A stretch of 56,451 nucleotides of DNA from Candidatus Binatia bacterium (GTDB lineage: Bacteria > Desulfobacterota > Binatia > UBA9968). Within the stretch, counting starts at the first letter, position 1. Every line of letters starts with the position of its first letter. Shown piece by piece: positions 1-9,833 of this stretch. The notes under the pieces were generated by a model. It saw only the letters and a program-made list of their open reading frames with translations. It did not search any database and had not been told where the DNA came from. The stretch covers positions 1 to 56,451 of the forward strand of contig JBGPTS010000001.1 of NCBI GenBank assembly GCA_041490745.1, read 5' to 3'. Position numbers and translations under genes: made by a program.

Positions 1-278
1 TCCCAGCCGAGCACCGGCCCAAGGTTGAAGCCGATCCGGCTGCCGAGGCCCGTCACGTAGTGCAGCGCCCCCTGCACGCCGAAATTTCCCATCAACGGCA
101 AAACGCCCAACCCTTCCATCGTAAACCGGCCGCCCGAATGCGCCCCCGCCTCTTTCTCGCCGCCGGCGGAAAGTTCGACTTTGCCGAACTGATCCAGATA
201 CTGCGCGGTCTCGACCGGACGCGCTACGAGCAAGGATCCCAAGAGCAATACCCCAAGCAAACCGCCCGTGTATTTCAT
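1..278 (-). CDS. secreted hypothetical protein, N-terminal part (gene runs off the window edge)
   Basis: Minus-strand ATG at 278 is preceded by AGGGAGGG. The N-terminus MKYTGGLLGVLLLGSLLVARPVETAQ looks like a signal peptide, and a Gly-rich continuation stays open to position 1. Confidence 0.5.
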   Translation of the reverse strand, partial: MKYTGGLLGVLLLGSLLVARPVETAQYLDQFGKVELSAGGEKEAGAHSGGRFTMEGLGVLPLMGNFGVQGALHYVTGLGSRIGFNLGPVLGW

Positions 279-374
279 CGTCAGCCCTCCCTTTGGAAAT
301 GCTGTCGTCTTCTACCGCAGATATTTTCCTAAATCAACTAAAAAATAGGGCTTTTTTGGATCTTTGCCGGCCGG

Positions 375-1562
375 CTAGCGGTGCAGCCCCATGAAGGCGA
401 ATACCCTGGCCGCCTCGAAAACGCTTTCGACCTCGACCAGGTCGTGGTCGGTATGTTGAAACCGGACATTGCGCGCTCCGTAGTTGATCGCCTGAATCCC
501 TTTGGCGTTGAGAAACCCCGTGTCGTTCGCCGCCGTGGAATAGCTGTATTTGGCATCGCGGCCGAGCATCACCTGAATCGCCTGCGCGAGCGCCAAAACC
601 ACGTCCGCGTCTTTCGAAACCTCGCTGGGATACATGAAATCTTTCTGCCGCACCTCGACGTCAAAGGGCGGCGCCGTTCCCAGCGCCGCCTTGATTTGCT
701 CGACGGCCTTCGTGGGATCGTCGCCCGGGAGCAACCTACGGTCGAACACGATTCTGCATTCACTTTGAATCGTATGCGTCGCTTTGGGGAAACTTTCGAT
801 CGCCGTCGGCGTGAGGCTCACCCTGCCGAGCTCGGGATGCGTGCGCTCGGATGGATAGGGCATCAACGGTTTCAATCTCTCCAGCACCTTGACCGCGCCG
901 TCGATGGCGTTGACGCCGTCCCACGGCCGGCTGCTGTGCGCCTGCTTGCCGCGGACCACGATCTCGATATCGACCCGTCCCTTGTTGCCGAGCTGAATTT
1001 CCGGCGGCCCGTCGACGATCGCCCAATCCGCCTTTACGTTCCCTTCGGCCATGATGTGCGCGAGAGAATCGTGCCGTCCGGTTTCGCCCGCCGCGCTGAC
1101 GGCGAAAAAAAGATTGGCTGGAATCTCCGCCTTCGCTTCGCCGAGAAACTTGATCGCCGCCATCATCGCGGCGAGGCTGCCTTTTTGCTCGCACGCTCCC
1201 CTACCCCAAACACACTCGCCCGAAAGCCCGAAAGGTGTTCCATCGACCAGCGCGCCTGAGTAAGGATTTTTCATCGTGCTGGGCGCTGCGTTCATGGCAT
1301 ATCCCACGAGCAAGAGCCGGCGACCCTGCGCGCGCCCCTTAAAAGAGGCCACGAGATTGCCCTTGGCGTCGAACGAGGTCCTGACGGCGGACCGCTCCAA
1401 TTCGGGTTGGACGACGTCGCGGATCAGAGAAAGCACCTGCGGCTCCGCCTCCAAAAGATCGGTCTGCGGGCTCGGCGCCTGCGCGAGCTTGACGAGCAGC
1501 CGTCTGACTTCGTCGTAGCGAAGATTTTTCTCGATCAGTTTTTTGACCGTTCCCGCGTCCAT
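375..1562 (-). CDS. M20-family metallohydrolase (ArgE/DapE/N-acyl-amino-acid deacylase-like)
   Basis: M20-type motifs are present (GRGACEQKGSLAAMMAA, AAGETG, HSSRPWDGVNAI). The ORF opens with TTG at 1574; the first ATG is at 1562. Confidence 0.85.
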   Translation of the reverse strand: MDAGTVKKLIEKNLRYDEVRRLLVKLAQAPSPQTDLLEAEPQVLSLIRDVVQPELERSAVRTSFDAKGNLVASFKGRAQGRRLLLVGYAMNAAPSTMKNPYSGALVDGTPFGLSGECVWGRGACEQKGSLAAMMAAIKFLGEAKAEIPANLFFAVSAAGETGRHDSLAHIMAEGNVKADWAIVDGPPEIQLGNKGRVDIEIVVRGKQAHSSRPWDGVNAIDGAVKVLERLKPLMPYPSERTHPELGRVSLTPTAIESFPKATHTIQSECRIVFDRRLLPGDDPTKAVEQIKAALGTAPPFDVEVRQKDFMYPSEVSKDADVVLALAQAIQVMLGRDAKYSYSTAANDTGFLNAKGIQAINYGARNVRFQHTDHDLVEVESVFEAARVFAFMGLHR

Positions 1563-1613
1563 AATTTTAAACAATTTTTAATTCTGAATGTTGAGTTTTG
1601 AATTCAAAATTCA

Positions 1614-3353
1614 TCATTGGCTTTCGTGCCCCGCGTTGCCGAGCCGCCGCGCCACGACGATCAGGACGAGACAGACCGCGCTGACGATCACGCCGAGCGA
1701 GCACATCGGTCCGAGGTTGCCGTCGACATAGAAGTGATAGAGCAGCGGGCCGATCGGCTCCGCGCCGGGCGAATAGAGAAAGATCGAGGTGCTGAACTCG
1801 CGCAGATAAATCGTCGCCAGGATGATCCAGCCGGCGATGAAGCCGGGACGGTACAGCGGCAGAAGAATGCGGCGGAAGGTTGTCCAAAAACCCGCGCCGC
1901 ACGTCATGGAGGCGTCTTGCAGATCGTCGTGGACCTGGACGACCGTGCCGCTCATCGTTCGAAGACCATAGGGCAGAAAGCGCGTGATGTAGCCGATGAG
2001 CAGAATCCAGAGCGTGCCGTAAATCGGCAGCGGAATATACACATAAGTCCAAAGCAGCCCGATGGCGAGCGCGGTGCCGGGGAAAGCCCACGGGATAAAC
2101 GTCAGCGCCTCGATGAGCGACCTACCCGCCACTTTGGTCTTGGTCGTGAGATAGGCCGTGACCGACGCGAGCACCATGCAGAGCGTCGCGCCCCCGACCG
2201 CGAGCAAGAGACTGTTCTGCAGTGCGCGATACGTGCGCCCGTCGGTCAGGTTGACGCGATAGTGATCGAGCGTCAGCAGTTCCCACGTCTTCGATCCCGG
2301 CACGTGGAGGTACGTCACGAGGGAGACATAGACGAGCACGACGAATGGCAGCGCGACGATCAAGAATAAAATCAACGCCGCGATCGCCGAGGCCGCGTAG
2401 CGCCACCCGCCGAGGTCGATCGTCGTCGGCCGGTAGCCTCGGCCCGTCACCGTGACGTAGCGCTCGGACCTCGAGGTCAAGCGGCGATAGAGGTAAACGA
2501 AAACCATCGTTATGGCGAGCAGCGAGACCGCGTAAGTCGCCGCGACGTTCTGGTTGGGCGGGAAAGCGCCGATCGCCTCGCGGTAAATTTTCGTCGTGAA
2601 GACTTCGATCCGCGCCGGCAAGGCGATGATCGCGGGCGTCTCGAAGCTCTCGATCGCCCGCACGAAGTTGAGCGTCCAGGCCGCGAGCAGCGCCGGCCGC
2701 ACGATCGGAAACGTGATACGCCGGGCGATCTGGAAGTTACTCGAGCCGGCGACGCGCGCCGATTCCTCAAGCGAGGGGTCCATCGAATAAAGCGCGGCGG
2801 AGACGATCAAAAACGCGAGCGGCGCCGTGATCAATCCCTCGACGAAGATCATTCCCCACATCGAATAGACGTTGAAAGGAGCGCTTTCCAAACCGAAAAT
2901 CTGCATCAGGAGACGGTTGATCAGCCCGGTGCGCGGGCTCAGCAGCGCGCCCCACGCGACCGCCAGCATCAACGGAGGAAAAATATTGGGAACGATCGCG
3001 GTCAGCTGAAATATTTTTCTGAACGGCGCGTTCGTGCGCACGGTGATCCACGCCACCACCGCCGCCAGGCTCGTCGCCAACACGGAGGAACCGGCGGCAA
3101 AGACAAAAGAGTTGAGCAGGAGCCGGTAAGTCAGCGGGTCCGCGTACGCGCGGACATAGTGCCGCAACGTAAACTCGCCCGGCACGCCCAACGGCTTGCT
3201 GAGGAAGCTGCCGTAGAACAGCATGAGCGTCGGCGACAAGCTGAGATAAGCGATGATGACGCCGACGACGGCGATCGCCGCCACGCGCGGGTCCTGGCGC
3301 ACGGCGCGGACCGGCCGATCGAATACGCGGGTTAAAGCCGTCGCGCCGTTCAT
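1614..3353 (-). CDS. ABC transporter permease with two fused transmembrane halves (FbpB/ThiP-like)
   Basis: Polytopic hydrophobic protein of about 580-600 aa with two tandem BPD-type permease halves. It lies next to a family-1 SBP. The start is uncertain (ATG 3353 versus TTG 3422). Confidence 0.85.
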   Translation of the reverse strand: MNGATALTRVFDRPVRAVRQDPRVAAIAVVGVIIAYLSLSPTLMLFYGSFLSKPLGVPGEFTLRHYVRAYADPLTYRLLLNSFVFAAGSSVLATSLAAVVAWITVRTNAPFRKIFQLTAIVPNIFPPLMLAVAWGALLSPRTGLINRLLMQIFGLESAPFNVYSMWGMIFVEGLITAPLAFLIVSAALYSMDPSLEESARVAGSSNFQIARRITFPIVRPALLAAWTLNFVRAIESFETPAIIALPARIEVFTTKIYREAIGAFPPNQNVAATYAVSLLAITMVFVYLYRRLTSRSERYVTVTGRGYRPTTIDLGGWRYAASAIAALILFLIVALPFVVLVYVSLVTYLHVPGSKTWELLTLDHYRVNLTDGRTYRALQNSLLLAVGGATLCMVLASVTAYLTTKTKVAGRSLIEALTFIPWAFPGTALAIGLLWTYVYIPLPIYGTLWILLIGYITRFLPYGLRTMSGTVVQVHDDLQDASMTCGAGFWTTFRRILLPLYRPGFIAGWIILATIYLREFSTSIFLYSPGAEPIGPLLYHFYVDGNLGPMCSLGVIVSAVCLVLIVVARRLGNAGHESQ

Positions 3354-3423
3354 CGTGTGCCGGTTGGAGAGAGAAGAGAGATCCTTCACGGAGTTTATCC
3401 TGAGCTCAGTCGAAGGGTTCAAG

Positions 3424-3481
3424 ATGACATATCGCTCGTGTCATTCTGAGCGCAGCGAAGAATCTCTCCGTCGAAAGAGAG
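3424..3481. repeat. REP-like intergenic element (GTCATTCTGAGCGCAGCGAAGAATCTC type) with small flanking hairpins
   Basis: ATGACA(3424-3429)/TGTCAT(3439-3444) and CTCTC..GAGAG inverted repeats surround the ctgagcgcagcgaag core. The element sits between the SBP stop and the permease start. Confidence 0.5.
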
Positions 3482-3482
3482 C

Positions 3483-4502
3483 CTAGTTCCCGAAAAAGAT
3501 CTGCCGGAACGTTTCGCTCATCAGCTTGTTGAACTCCTGCTCCGACGGATTATCCATGAAAACCATGCCGGGCACGACCTTCTCGGAGTCCTTGATCGGA
3601 GGAAGTATCCCCGGAAGCATCGGGAACTCCCCCTCGTCCGCGGCGGCCTTCTGTCCTTCGGCCGAGCAAACGAAATCGATATACAACCTGGCCGCGTTCG
3701 GCCGCGTCGTCTTGGCGCTGAGGCTCATGTAGTTGGGGTCGGTCAAATATTTATCCATCAGCACGTAGCCGATCGGTCCTTTATATTGCTTCATGTACTT
3801 GATGTAGGTGATGCCGACCGGCGTCTCGCCTTTGATGATCGTCGTCGTAACGGGCGCGAGCGACTCCACCAGAATGGGTTTCTGTTTGGCCAAAGCCTTC
3901 ACGTAGTCGAGCCACTTGTCTCCCTTGAACTTGGAAAGATTCCACAGAAACTGCGCCGTCGTCGTGTGACGCGTAGGATCGGGCATGCTGATCTTTCCCG
4001 TCCATTTCGGGCTCAACAGATCGTCGAAGGTCTTCGGCGCTTCGTTGGGCTTGACCATATCCGTGTTGTAGAGAATGCTGATCGGCAGCGCGCGCCACGG
4101 CGTAATCATGCCGTCCTTCTCCCTGAACTGCGGCGGAAACTTCTCCGACGACGGCGCGATAAATTTCGCGAACAGCCCCTCGTCCCTCATGATGAGCTGA
4201 ACGCCGCGGTTGCCCTCGACCACGTCGTAGCCCGGCTTGCCGGCGCGAAATTCGCTCAGCGCGCGCTCCGCAACTTGCGTGGACGAGCCGCGCCAGTACT
4301 CCACTTTGATGCCATACTTATTCTCGAACGCCTTGTGCATCGGCTCCATCGCCTGCGGCACTTGCGCGCCGTAAACCACGACCTTGCCTTCTTTCTTCGC
4401 CGCATCGACGTTGACAGGCTGAGCGTAAACGGCGGAGCCGGAAGCCGCCGCAAGAGCCAGCGCGCCCAGAACAAGCAACATCGTCTTCTCGCGTGTCTTC
4501 AT
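3483..4502 (-). CDS. ABC transporter substrate-binding protein, family 1 (Fe3+/polyamine type)
   Basis: Signal peptide MKTREKTMLLVLGALALAAASGSAVYAQ. Size and composition fit an extracellular solute-binding protein, and the gene is in an operon with the fused permease. Confidence 0.85.
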   Translation of the reverse strand: MKTREKTMLLVLGALALAAASGSAVYAQPVNVDAAKKEGKVVVYGAQVPQAMEPMHKAFENKYGIKVEYWRGSSTQVAERALSEFRAGKPGYDVVEGNRGVQLIMRDEGLFAKFIAPSSEKFPPQFREKDGMITPWRALPISILYNTDMVKPNEAPKTFDDLLSPKWTGKISMPDPTRHTTTAQFLWNLSKFKGDKWLDYVKALAKQKPILVESLAPVTTTIIKGETPVGITYIKYMKQYKGPIGYVLMDKYLTDPNYMSLSAKTTRPNAARLYIDFVCSAEGQKAAADEGEFPMLPGILPPIKDSEKVVPGMVFMDNPSEQEFNKLMSETFRQIFFGN

Positions 4503-4548
4503 GGAATCCTCCAGTTAAAAATCAACGCTATTTTCGTTCGTGACTCTA

Positions 4549-5526
4549 TTATAGCAGTCGGGCCAGATCAACCGCTCTTCTTCTCGCCTCCTGGGTTCCC
4601 ATCGGAAGGAGTATGGGGAGGGTGACGCCGGCTTTGACGAATTCTTCAACTCGTTTGACGCACTCCTCAGGCGTGCCGGAGATCGAGTGCGCATGGACCA
4701 CCTCGTCGTCGATAAACCTCTTCGCGCCCTCCCAGTCACGGCTCGTGATCGCCGCGGCCAAGCCTTCTTGATCGACCTGTCCGCCGCCGGCGCGAATATT
4801 ATCGGCGTGGTGCTCGTTGCGAAAAATATAGGCGAGAAACGCCTTGCTCGCGTCGATCGCCTCGCGCGCGTTCGATGATACCGAGGTTGTGATGATACCC
4901 GCCACCTCTCTCTCCGCGAGCGATTTCCCGGCGCGTTCGGCGCCGCTCTTTATTTCAGCCGCGCATCGGACGATGTAGCCGGGCGCGCACCCGGCGGAGA
5001 GCAGGACGCCGTCGCCGATCTCTCCGCCCAGGCGCAGCATCGCCGGTTTTACCGCGGTCATGTAGATCGGAATCGTCGAAGCGGGAGTGAAGGCCATTTT
5101 CGCGCCGTTGACGCGGAGGACCTCGCCATGGAACTTCACCGTCTCGCCGCTCAAATATTTCCTCAGGACTTCCATGTATTCGCGCATGGTTCTCAGGGGC
5201 CGCGTGACCTTCATGCCCGCTTCTTCCAGCGCCGCCGGGTTTCCCGTGCCGGCGGTCGCGCGCACCCTGCCCGGGGCGAATTCGTCCATCGTCGAGAGCG
5301 CCATTGCGGAGATGATGGGGTTGCGTGAATACGGGCTGAGCGGCGCGGGGACGACGGCGATTCTTTTGGTCGTCGCGAGAAAAGCCATCGCGGACGTCAG
5401 CGAATCGCGAAAGCAGAGATGATCCGACATCCAGATCGACTCCATCCCGATCTCGTCGGCGCGCCGGGCCAGATCGATCATCTCGTTGATCGAATAAAAA
5501 CCGTCGAAGCAGAGGCCGACTCTCAT
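4549..5526 (-). CDS. LLM-class (luciferase-like) flavin/F420-dependent oxidoreductase
   Basis: N-terminus MRVGLCFDG...ADEIGMESIWMSDHL is typical of the LLM family. Its start shares one nucleotide with the upstream stop (TGATG). Confidence 0.85.
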   Translation of the reverse strand: MRVGLCFDGFYSINEMIDLARRADEIGMESIWMSDHLCFRDSLTSAMAFLATTKRIAVVPAPLSPYSRNPIISAMALSTMDEFAPGRVRATAGTGNPAALEEAGMKVTRPLRTMREYMEVLRKYLSGETVKFHGEVLRVNGAKMAFTPASTIPIYMTAVKPAMLRLGGEIGDGVLLSAGCAPGYIVRCAAEIKSGAERAGKSLAEREVAGIITTSVSSNAREAIDASKAFLAYIFRNEHHADNIRAGGGQVDQEGLAAAITSRDWEGAKRFIDDEVVHAHSISGTPEECVKRVEEFVKAGVTLPILLPMGTQEARRRAVDLARLL

Positions 5527-6623
5527 CAGAAACCCTCCTGGAGCAGCGTTTTCAAATTCTCCAATTTGATTTTCGCAAGCCCCAATTGTTCCAGCGCGAG
5601 TCCGTCGCGCCGGTAATCGACCCGATTCATTTTCGACGCCAGCTCGATGAGGGCGTCGATCACGGGCGTCGGGACGCCGGCCATGCGGCCGATTGCCGCG
5701 ATCGGCACGAGACCGTAGCCCACGTCTTCGTGGAGATAGCGGTGATCGAGGCTTGTCGGCGCTTTGATCGTCCGGTTGGGCGCGCTCTCGCGAATCGCTT
5801 CATGGACCGAGCCGTCCGCGCGCGCCCTCTCCGTCGTCAGGCCCGCTTGAAAAAAAATCTCGACAAAACTCAGTGCCGGCAGTCCCAGCTTCCCGATAAT
5901 TTGCAGCCGCTCACGATCGACGGCGTCGATCACGCCGGCGATCGCCGGCGTGATGCCGTCGCGATAGAAATAAAATTCATCGCCGATCCTGCCGGCGTTG
6001 CCGATCATCCCCGCCGGATGCATGATCGCGTTGATGTTTGAAAGACCGGTTTCGAGGACATTTTCCGCCGCCACAATATTCGGATAGATCGCGCCGAGAT
6101 CGCGCGCGATTTCCGCGATGAATTTTCCCGGGAACGCCGCCAAGCGAAGATTTTGCGTGCGGCGATAGATCTCGACGCTTGCCGGTCCGGTCGAGCGACA
6201 AATGTACGTCAACGTCGCCGTCTCGCAAATCTTCGCCCTGACGCCGCGCGCGCGCAAGAGCGAGGCGACGTGGAGCGAACCGCCGGTGTGCCCGGGGTTG
6301 AGAAAAATAATCTGTCCGTCGCGCAGGTGCGGCGCCACGCCGGTGACCAGCGTCTCGTGCGCCACGGCAGGCGCCGCGACCATAATGAGGTTCGCGTTCG
6401 CGACCGCATCTGCCATTTTATTCGTGACGAGAGCCGGCCGCGCCAGCTTTCTGTTTTCTCCCTCGATCAGCTCGATCCCGCCCCGCTCGCGGATCGGTTG
6501 CAGCGTTTGCTCCGAGCGCGAGTAAAGACGAACGTCATAGCCGCGAAGAGTCAAATCCGCGGCCGCCGCTAAGCCGCCGTTCCCCGCGCCCAGGATCGCA
6601 ATCGCGCGAATGGTCATAGTCAC
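5526..6623 (-). CDS. NAD(P)-dependent octopine/nopaline (opine) dehydrogenase family protein
   Basis: Rossmann motif ILGAGNGGLAAAADL at the N-terminus. Length and C-terminal domain match opine dehydrogenases. 4-nt ATGA overlap with the upstream gene. Confidence 0.8.
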   Translation of the reverse strand: MTMTIRAIAILGAGNGGLAAAADLTLRGYDVRLYSRSEQTLQPIRERGGIELIEGENRKLARPALVTNKMADAVANANLIMVAAPAVAHETLVTGVAPHLRDGQIIFLNPGHTGGSLHVASLLRARGVRAKICETATLTYICRSTGPASVEIYRRTQNLRLAAFPGKFIAEIARDLGAIYPNIVAAENVLETGLSNINAIMHPAGMIGNAGRIGDEFYFYRDGITPAIAGVIDAVDRERLQIIGKLGLPALSFVEIFFQAGLTTERARADGSVHEAIRESAPNRTIKAPTSLDHRYLHEDVGYGLVPIAAIGRMAGVPTPVIDALIELASKMNRVDYRRDGLALEQLGLAKIKLENLKTLLQEGF

Positions 6624-7774
6624 CGTATTCGATAGCGCTCGAGTTTCCCCTCATCCAACTCGATTCCGAGTCCCGGTTTGTCCGGCACGACAATTTCGCC
6701 GTCGGCGTACTCGAAAGGCTCCGTGATAAGGTCGTCGGTGTAGTAGACGCCCGCGATGCCCTTGCCGCGTTTTTCTTGCGGCGTCGAAACGGGAACCACG
6801 CAGGCGAGCGACGCGACGGCGGTCGAAGCCGCGAGATGCAAATTGGCCGCGTTTCCGACGCCGGTCTCGACCGAGCCGTTCACGTTACATTTCAGGCCGG
6901 CCGCCTCGGCGACCGCCGCGACCTTTTTTGCCTTGAACAATCCGCCCGGCTTGGTCGTATAGAGCGAGATGATGTCGGCGGCTTTTTTGCGGACGATCTC
7001 CAACGCGTCTTGCGGCGTCCACGCGCTCTCGTCCGCCATGATCGGCGTATCGACGCTCGCGGCGACGACGGCCATCTCATCGATACCTTCCACCGGCTGT
7101 TCCATGAAATGGATGCCGTATTCTTCCATCGCTTTGATCGTTTGCACGGCGATCTTCGGCGACGCATAGCCCTGATTGGCGTCGACGGTAATCAGCATCT
7201 CCGCGCCGAGCGCCTTCCTCATGCGCTTTACCAGCTCGACGTCGCGCGCGGGCTCGCGGCCGCCTTTGAGCTTGACGGTTTTGATTCCTTCCGCCTTGAC
7301 CTGAAGCGCCTCCTCGACCGCCTTGTCGATTTCCATGAGGCCGATGCTGTGCGCGACGGCGATGCGCCGGCGGAAGCAGCCGCCGAGAAGCTGATACGCC
7401 GGCGCGCGAAGCGCCTTGCCCGCGAGATCGTATAATGCCATGTCGATCGCCGCCTTGGCGTAGGGATAACCTTTGATCGCCCTGTCCATGACGTCGTGCA
7501 TCGAGCCGATCGCGCTCGGATCGTGGCCCACGAGCACCGGCGCGAGAATATCATTGATGACGTGCGCCGTGGTCTCCGGCGTCTCACCGTAATATTTCAT
7601 ATGATCGCCGCCCCAGTCTTTCAACACCGGCGCTTCGCCGAAGCCGATTAATCCGTCGTTAGTAAAAATCTTGACGATCACATAGACGCCGATCGGCGTC
7701 GTCAGGCTCGACCATTGGTGGACCCGCCGCGTGGGAAGCCTGATCGGTATCGTCTCGATTCGCGTTATCTTCAT
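6620..7774 (-). CDS. mandelate racemase/muconate lactonizing enzyme (enolase superfamily) protein
   Basis: KxK motif (TVKLKGG) and the metal-ligand series TVDANQ / MEQP / MADES, with an MKITRIETIPIRLP-type capping domain. Confidence 0.85.
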   Translation of the reverse strand: MKITRIETIPIRLPTRRVHQWSSLTTPIGVYVIVKIFTNDGLIGFGEAPVLKDWGGDHMKYYGETPETTAHVINDILAPVLVGHDPSAIGSMHDVMDRAIKGYPYAKAAIDMALYDLAGKALRAPAYQLLGGCFRRRIAVAHSIGLMEIDKAVEEALQVKAEGIKTVKLKGGREPARDVELVKRMRKALGAEMLITVDANQGYASPKIAVQTIKAMEEYGIHFMEQPVEGIDEMAVVAASVDTPIMADESAWTPQDALEIVRKKAADIISLYTTKPGGLFKAKKVAAVAEAAGLKCNVNGSVETGVGNAANLHLAASTAVASLACVVPVSTPQEKRGKGIAGVYYTDDLITEPFEYADGEIVVPDKPGLGIELDEGKLERYRIR

Positions 7775-7781
7775 CGCACGC

Positions 7782-8894
7782 TCAGCCGGCGCGCATGATC
7801 TCGTCGGTCGCCGTAGCGTCCGAGAGCAGCTCGCATCCGCTCTTCGTTACGAGCAGCATGTCTTTATTTTGCATCCCGAAGCGGCCGGGAATGTACACCA
7901 GAGGCTCGATGGCGATGACCATTCCCTCTTCGAGCGTCTCGCCGCCGTAGCGGCCGAGATAGGGTTCTTCGTGGAGAAACAGGCCGATGCCGTGACCGAC
8001 GAACCCGATCGGCTCGAATCCGAGCGCGCTGAAGTGCTTCAAGAAGCGTTGGTAAATTTCCCTGCACGCCGCGCCGGGTTTGATCATCTCCATAACGAGA
8101 TATTTACACTCGACCAAATTTTTCCAGATCTTTTCCTGCTCCGGCGTCGCGCGCTCGACGACCGCCGTGCGGCAGACCCCGGCATGATAGCCGCTCCTCA
8201 TGCCGAAGATCTCCATACGGATAAGATCGCCCGGCTTGAGCGCGCGCTCGCTCGGCCCGACGTTCGGGTATTGGCTGCGCTCGCCCGAGGCGACGATCAT
8301 CAGCTTGAAATTTTCCGCGCCGCCGGCAAAAATTCGACCGACCAGGCCGCCCGCAAGCTCCATCTCGGTCATGCCGACGCGGGCGCTTTTCAAAGTTTCG
8401 CCGATCGCCCGATCGGCGATTCTGCTGAGCGAGCGCAGCAGATCGATCTCAGCGCCGCTTTTTACCTGGCGGAGCTTGTGAAAAATCCCCTCGGCGGCGG
8501 AGAACCTCGCCTCAGGAAGATTTCGCTGAAGCGTCGCAAAATCTCCCGCCGGAAGAAAATCCAACTCGATTCCCACGCGCGCGCGCGAGAGCCCGCGCTC
8601 GGCCAACAGTTCGGCGAGTTTTTTCATCGGGTCATCGGTAAATTCGCGATAGACGCGAACGTCCTTGATTTCCGAACGGCTCCTCACCGTCGTTGCTTCC
8701 ATGTCGATCGCCAGCATCGACACGCGGCCGTCGGCGGTGACGACGGCTGCGGCGTGGCGCCAGCGCATCAGCGACTGCGACGGCACGACGATCCCCGTCG
8801 TGTAAGTCACATTCTCCGGTGAAACCGCGACCAGCGCATCCAGCCCGGCGCCGGCGATCGCTTGCTTCTGCCTGTCGATGATCTCCGGATTCAC
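7782..8894 (-). CDS. M24-family peptidase (Xaa-Pro dipeptidase/creatinase-like)
   Basis: Creatinase-type N-domain plus a pita-bread C-domain with HGIGLFLHEEP and IAIEP motifs. Confidence 0.85.
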   Translation of the reverse strand: MNPEIIDRQKQAIAGAGLDALVAVSPENVTYTTGIVVPSQSLMRWRHAAAVVTADGRVSMLAIDMEATTVRSRSEIKDVRVYREFTDDPMKKLAELLAERGLSRARVGIELDFLPAGDFATLQRNLPEARFSAAEGIFHKLRQVKSGAEIDLLRSLSRIADRAIGETLKSARVGMTEMELAGGLVGRIFAGGAENFKLMIVASGERSQYPNVGPSERALKPGDLIRMEIFGMRSGYHAGVCRTAVVERATPEQEKIWKNLVECKYLVMEMIKPGAACREIYQRFLKHFSALGFEPIGFVGHGIGLFLHEEPYLGRYGGETLEEGMVIAIEPLVYIPGRFGMQNKDMLLVTKSGCELLSDATATDEIMRAG

Positions 8895-9010
8895 GGCATT
8901 TATTTATCACGGACGGAGATCGGAATACCACGGCCCGTCTTGACAACCGGCGGTCGCAAGATTAAGAACGATCCAGCCGAAAGACTTCGATCGGCTTTTT
9001 ACGTTGCAAA

Positions 9011-9814
9011 ATGGACGGCGATAACACTTCCGCAACGGACGCGAAGCGGCGCGGCCCGACTGCAGCGCGGCGTGTTCGCACCCGGGCGCTGCTGTCGGTA
9101 ATCGGCGGCCTCGTTTTGTGGGAAATCCTCGCCCGGACCGTGCTGACGAACCGGCTCATCATCGTCCCGCTATCGGCGGTGCTCGACGCCATGTGGGCGT
9201 CGGCTCGCTCGGGCGAGTTGTGGAAGCACTCCTACGTCAGCCTGGTGGAGTTCATTCTCGGCTTCGGGCTCGCCGCCGTCGCGGGAATCTTCTTCGGCTT
9301 CGTCACCGGCACGAGCACGCGGATGCGCGAGTATCTCGAACCGCTCGTCTCGGCGCTCTACGCGACACCGCTCGTCGCCCTGATTCCGTTTTACATTCTC
9401 ATCTTCGGCATCCAGCTCGCTTCCAAAGTGGCGCTGGTTTTTACCATCGCGGTCTTTCCCGTGATGATCAACACCCAGGCGGGTATTCTCTCGGTCGAGC
9501 GGAACCTGCTGGAGGTCGCCTCTTCGTTCCGCGCCAGCCGGCTGCAAATTTTTTTCAAGGTCCAGATCCCGGCGGCGATTCCGTTCATTATCAGCGGGCT
9601 GCGCCTCGGCGTCGGCCGCGCTCTCACGGGCGTCGTCGTCGGTGAGCTTTTCTTCGCCACCGCCGGCCTCGGCTTTATGATTTCTATCGCCGCGCAGGGC
9701 TTCGATACCGCAAGAATTTTCTTGGGCGTGCTGATATTTTCGTTGGCGGGCGTCGTCGCCGTCGGTTTGTTGCAAAATATCGAGAAGCGCATGGCGCCGT
9801 GGCGCGTGTCGTAA
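9011..9814 (+). CDS. ABC transporter permease (NitT/TauT family)
   Basis: Six-TM permease with the EAA-like region SFRASRLQIFFKVQIPAAIPFIISGLRLG. Confidence 0.85.
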   Translation: MDGDNTSATDAKRRGPTAARRVRTRALLSVIGGLVLWEILARTVLTNRLIIVPLSAVLDAMWASARSGELWKHSYVSLVEFILGFGLAAVAGIFFGFVTGTSTRMREYLEPLVSALYATPLVALIPFYILIFGIQLASKVALVFTIAVFPVMINTQAGILSVERNLLEVASSFRASRLQIFFKVQIPAAIPFIISGLRLGVGRALTGVVVGELFFATAGLGFMISIAAQGFDTARIFLGVLIFSLAGVVAVGLLQNIEKRMAPWRVS

Positions 9815-9833
9815 AAATAAAAGGAGTTTACTT

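Noticed and set aside
381-1259. Long antisense ORFs overlapping recognised genes. Examples: 381-1259(+), 9882-11429(-), 12713-13945(-), 27560-28963(-), 42571-44283(+), 42899-44344(-), 44540-46048(+), 47806-49686(+).
   Set aside because: These are typical high-GC shadow frames. They are extremely Arg/Ala/Gly/Pro-rich, have no recognisable motifs, and each fully overlaps a CDS on another frame or strand that has clear family signatures.
1596-1609. Perfect 14-bp palindrome TTTTGAATTCAAAA in an AT-rich 39-nt spacer upstream of the M20 gene, considered as a possible operator.
   Set aside because: It is a single short AT palindrome with no second site and no nearby regulator gene. It could simply be a promoter or UP-element-like AT tract. 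Noted, but not enough support for a feature call.
8985-9006. Hairpin AGCCGAaagacttcgaTCGGCT followed by TTTTT just before the permease ATG at 9011, resembling a terminator or attenuator.
   Set aside because: There is no upstream plus-strand gene to terminate, the stem is only 6 bp, and it sits in a divergent promoter region. Evidence is insufficient.
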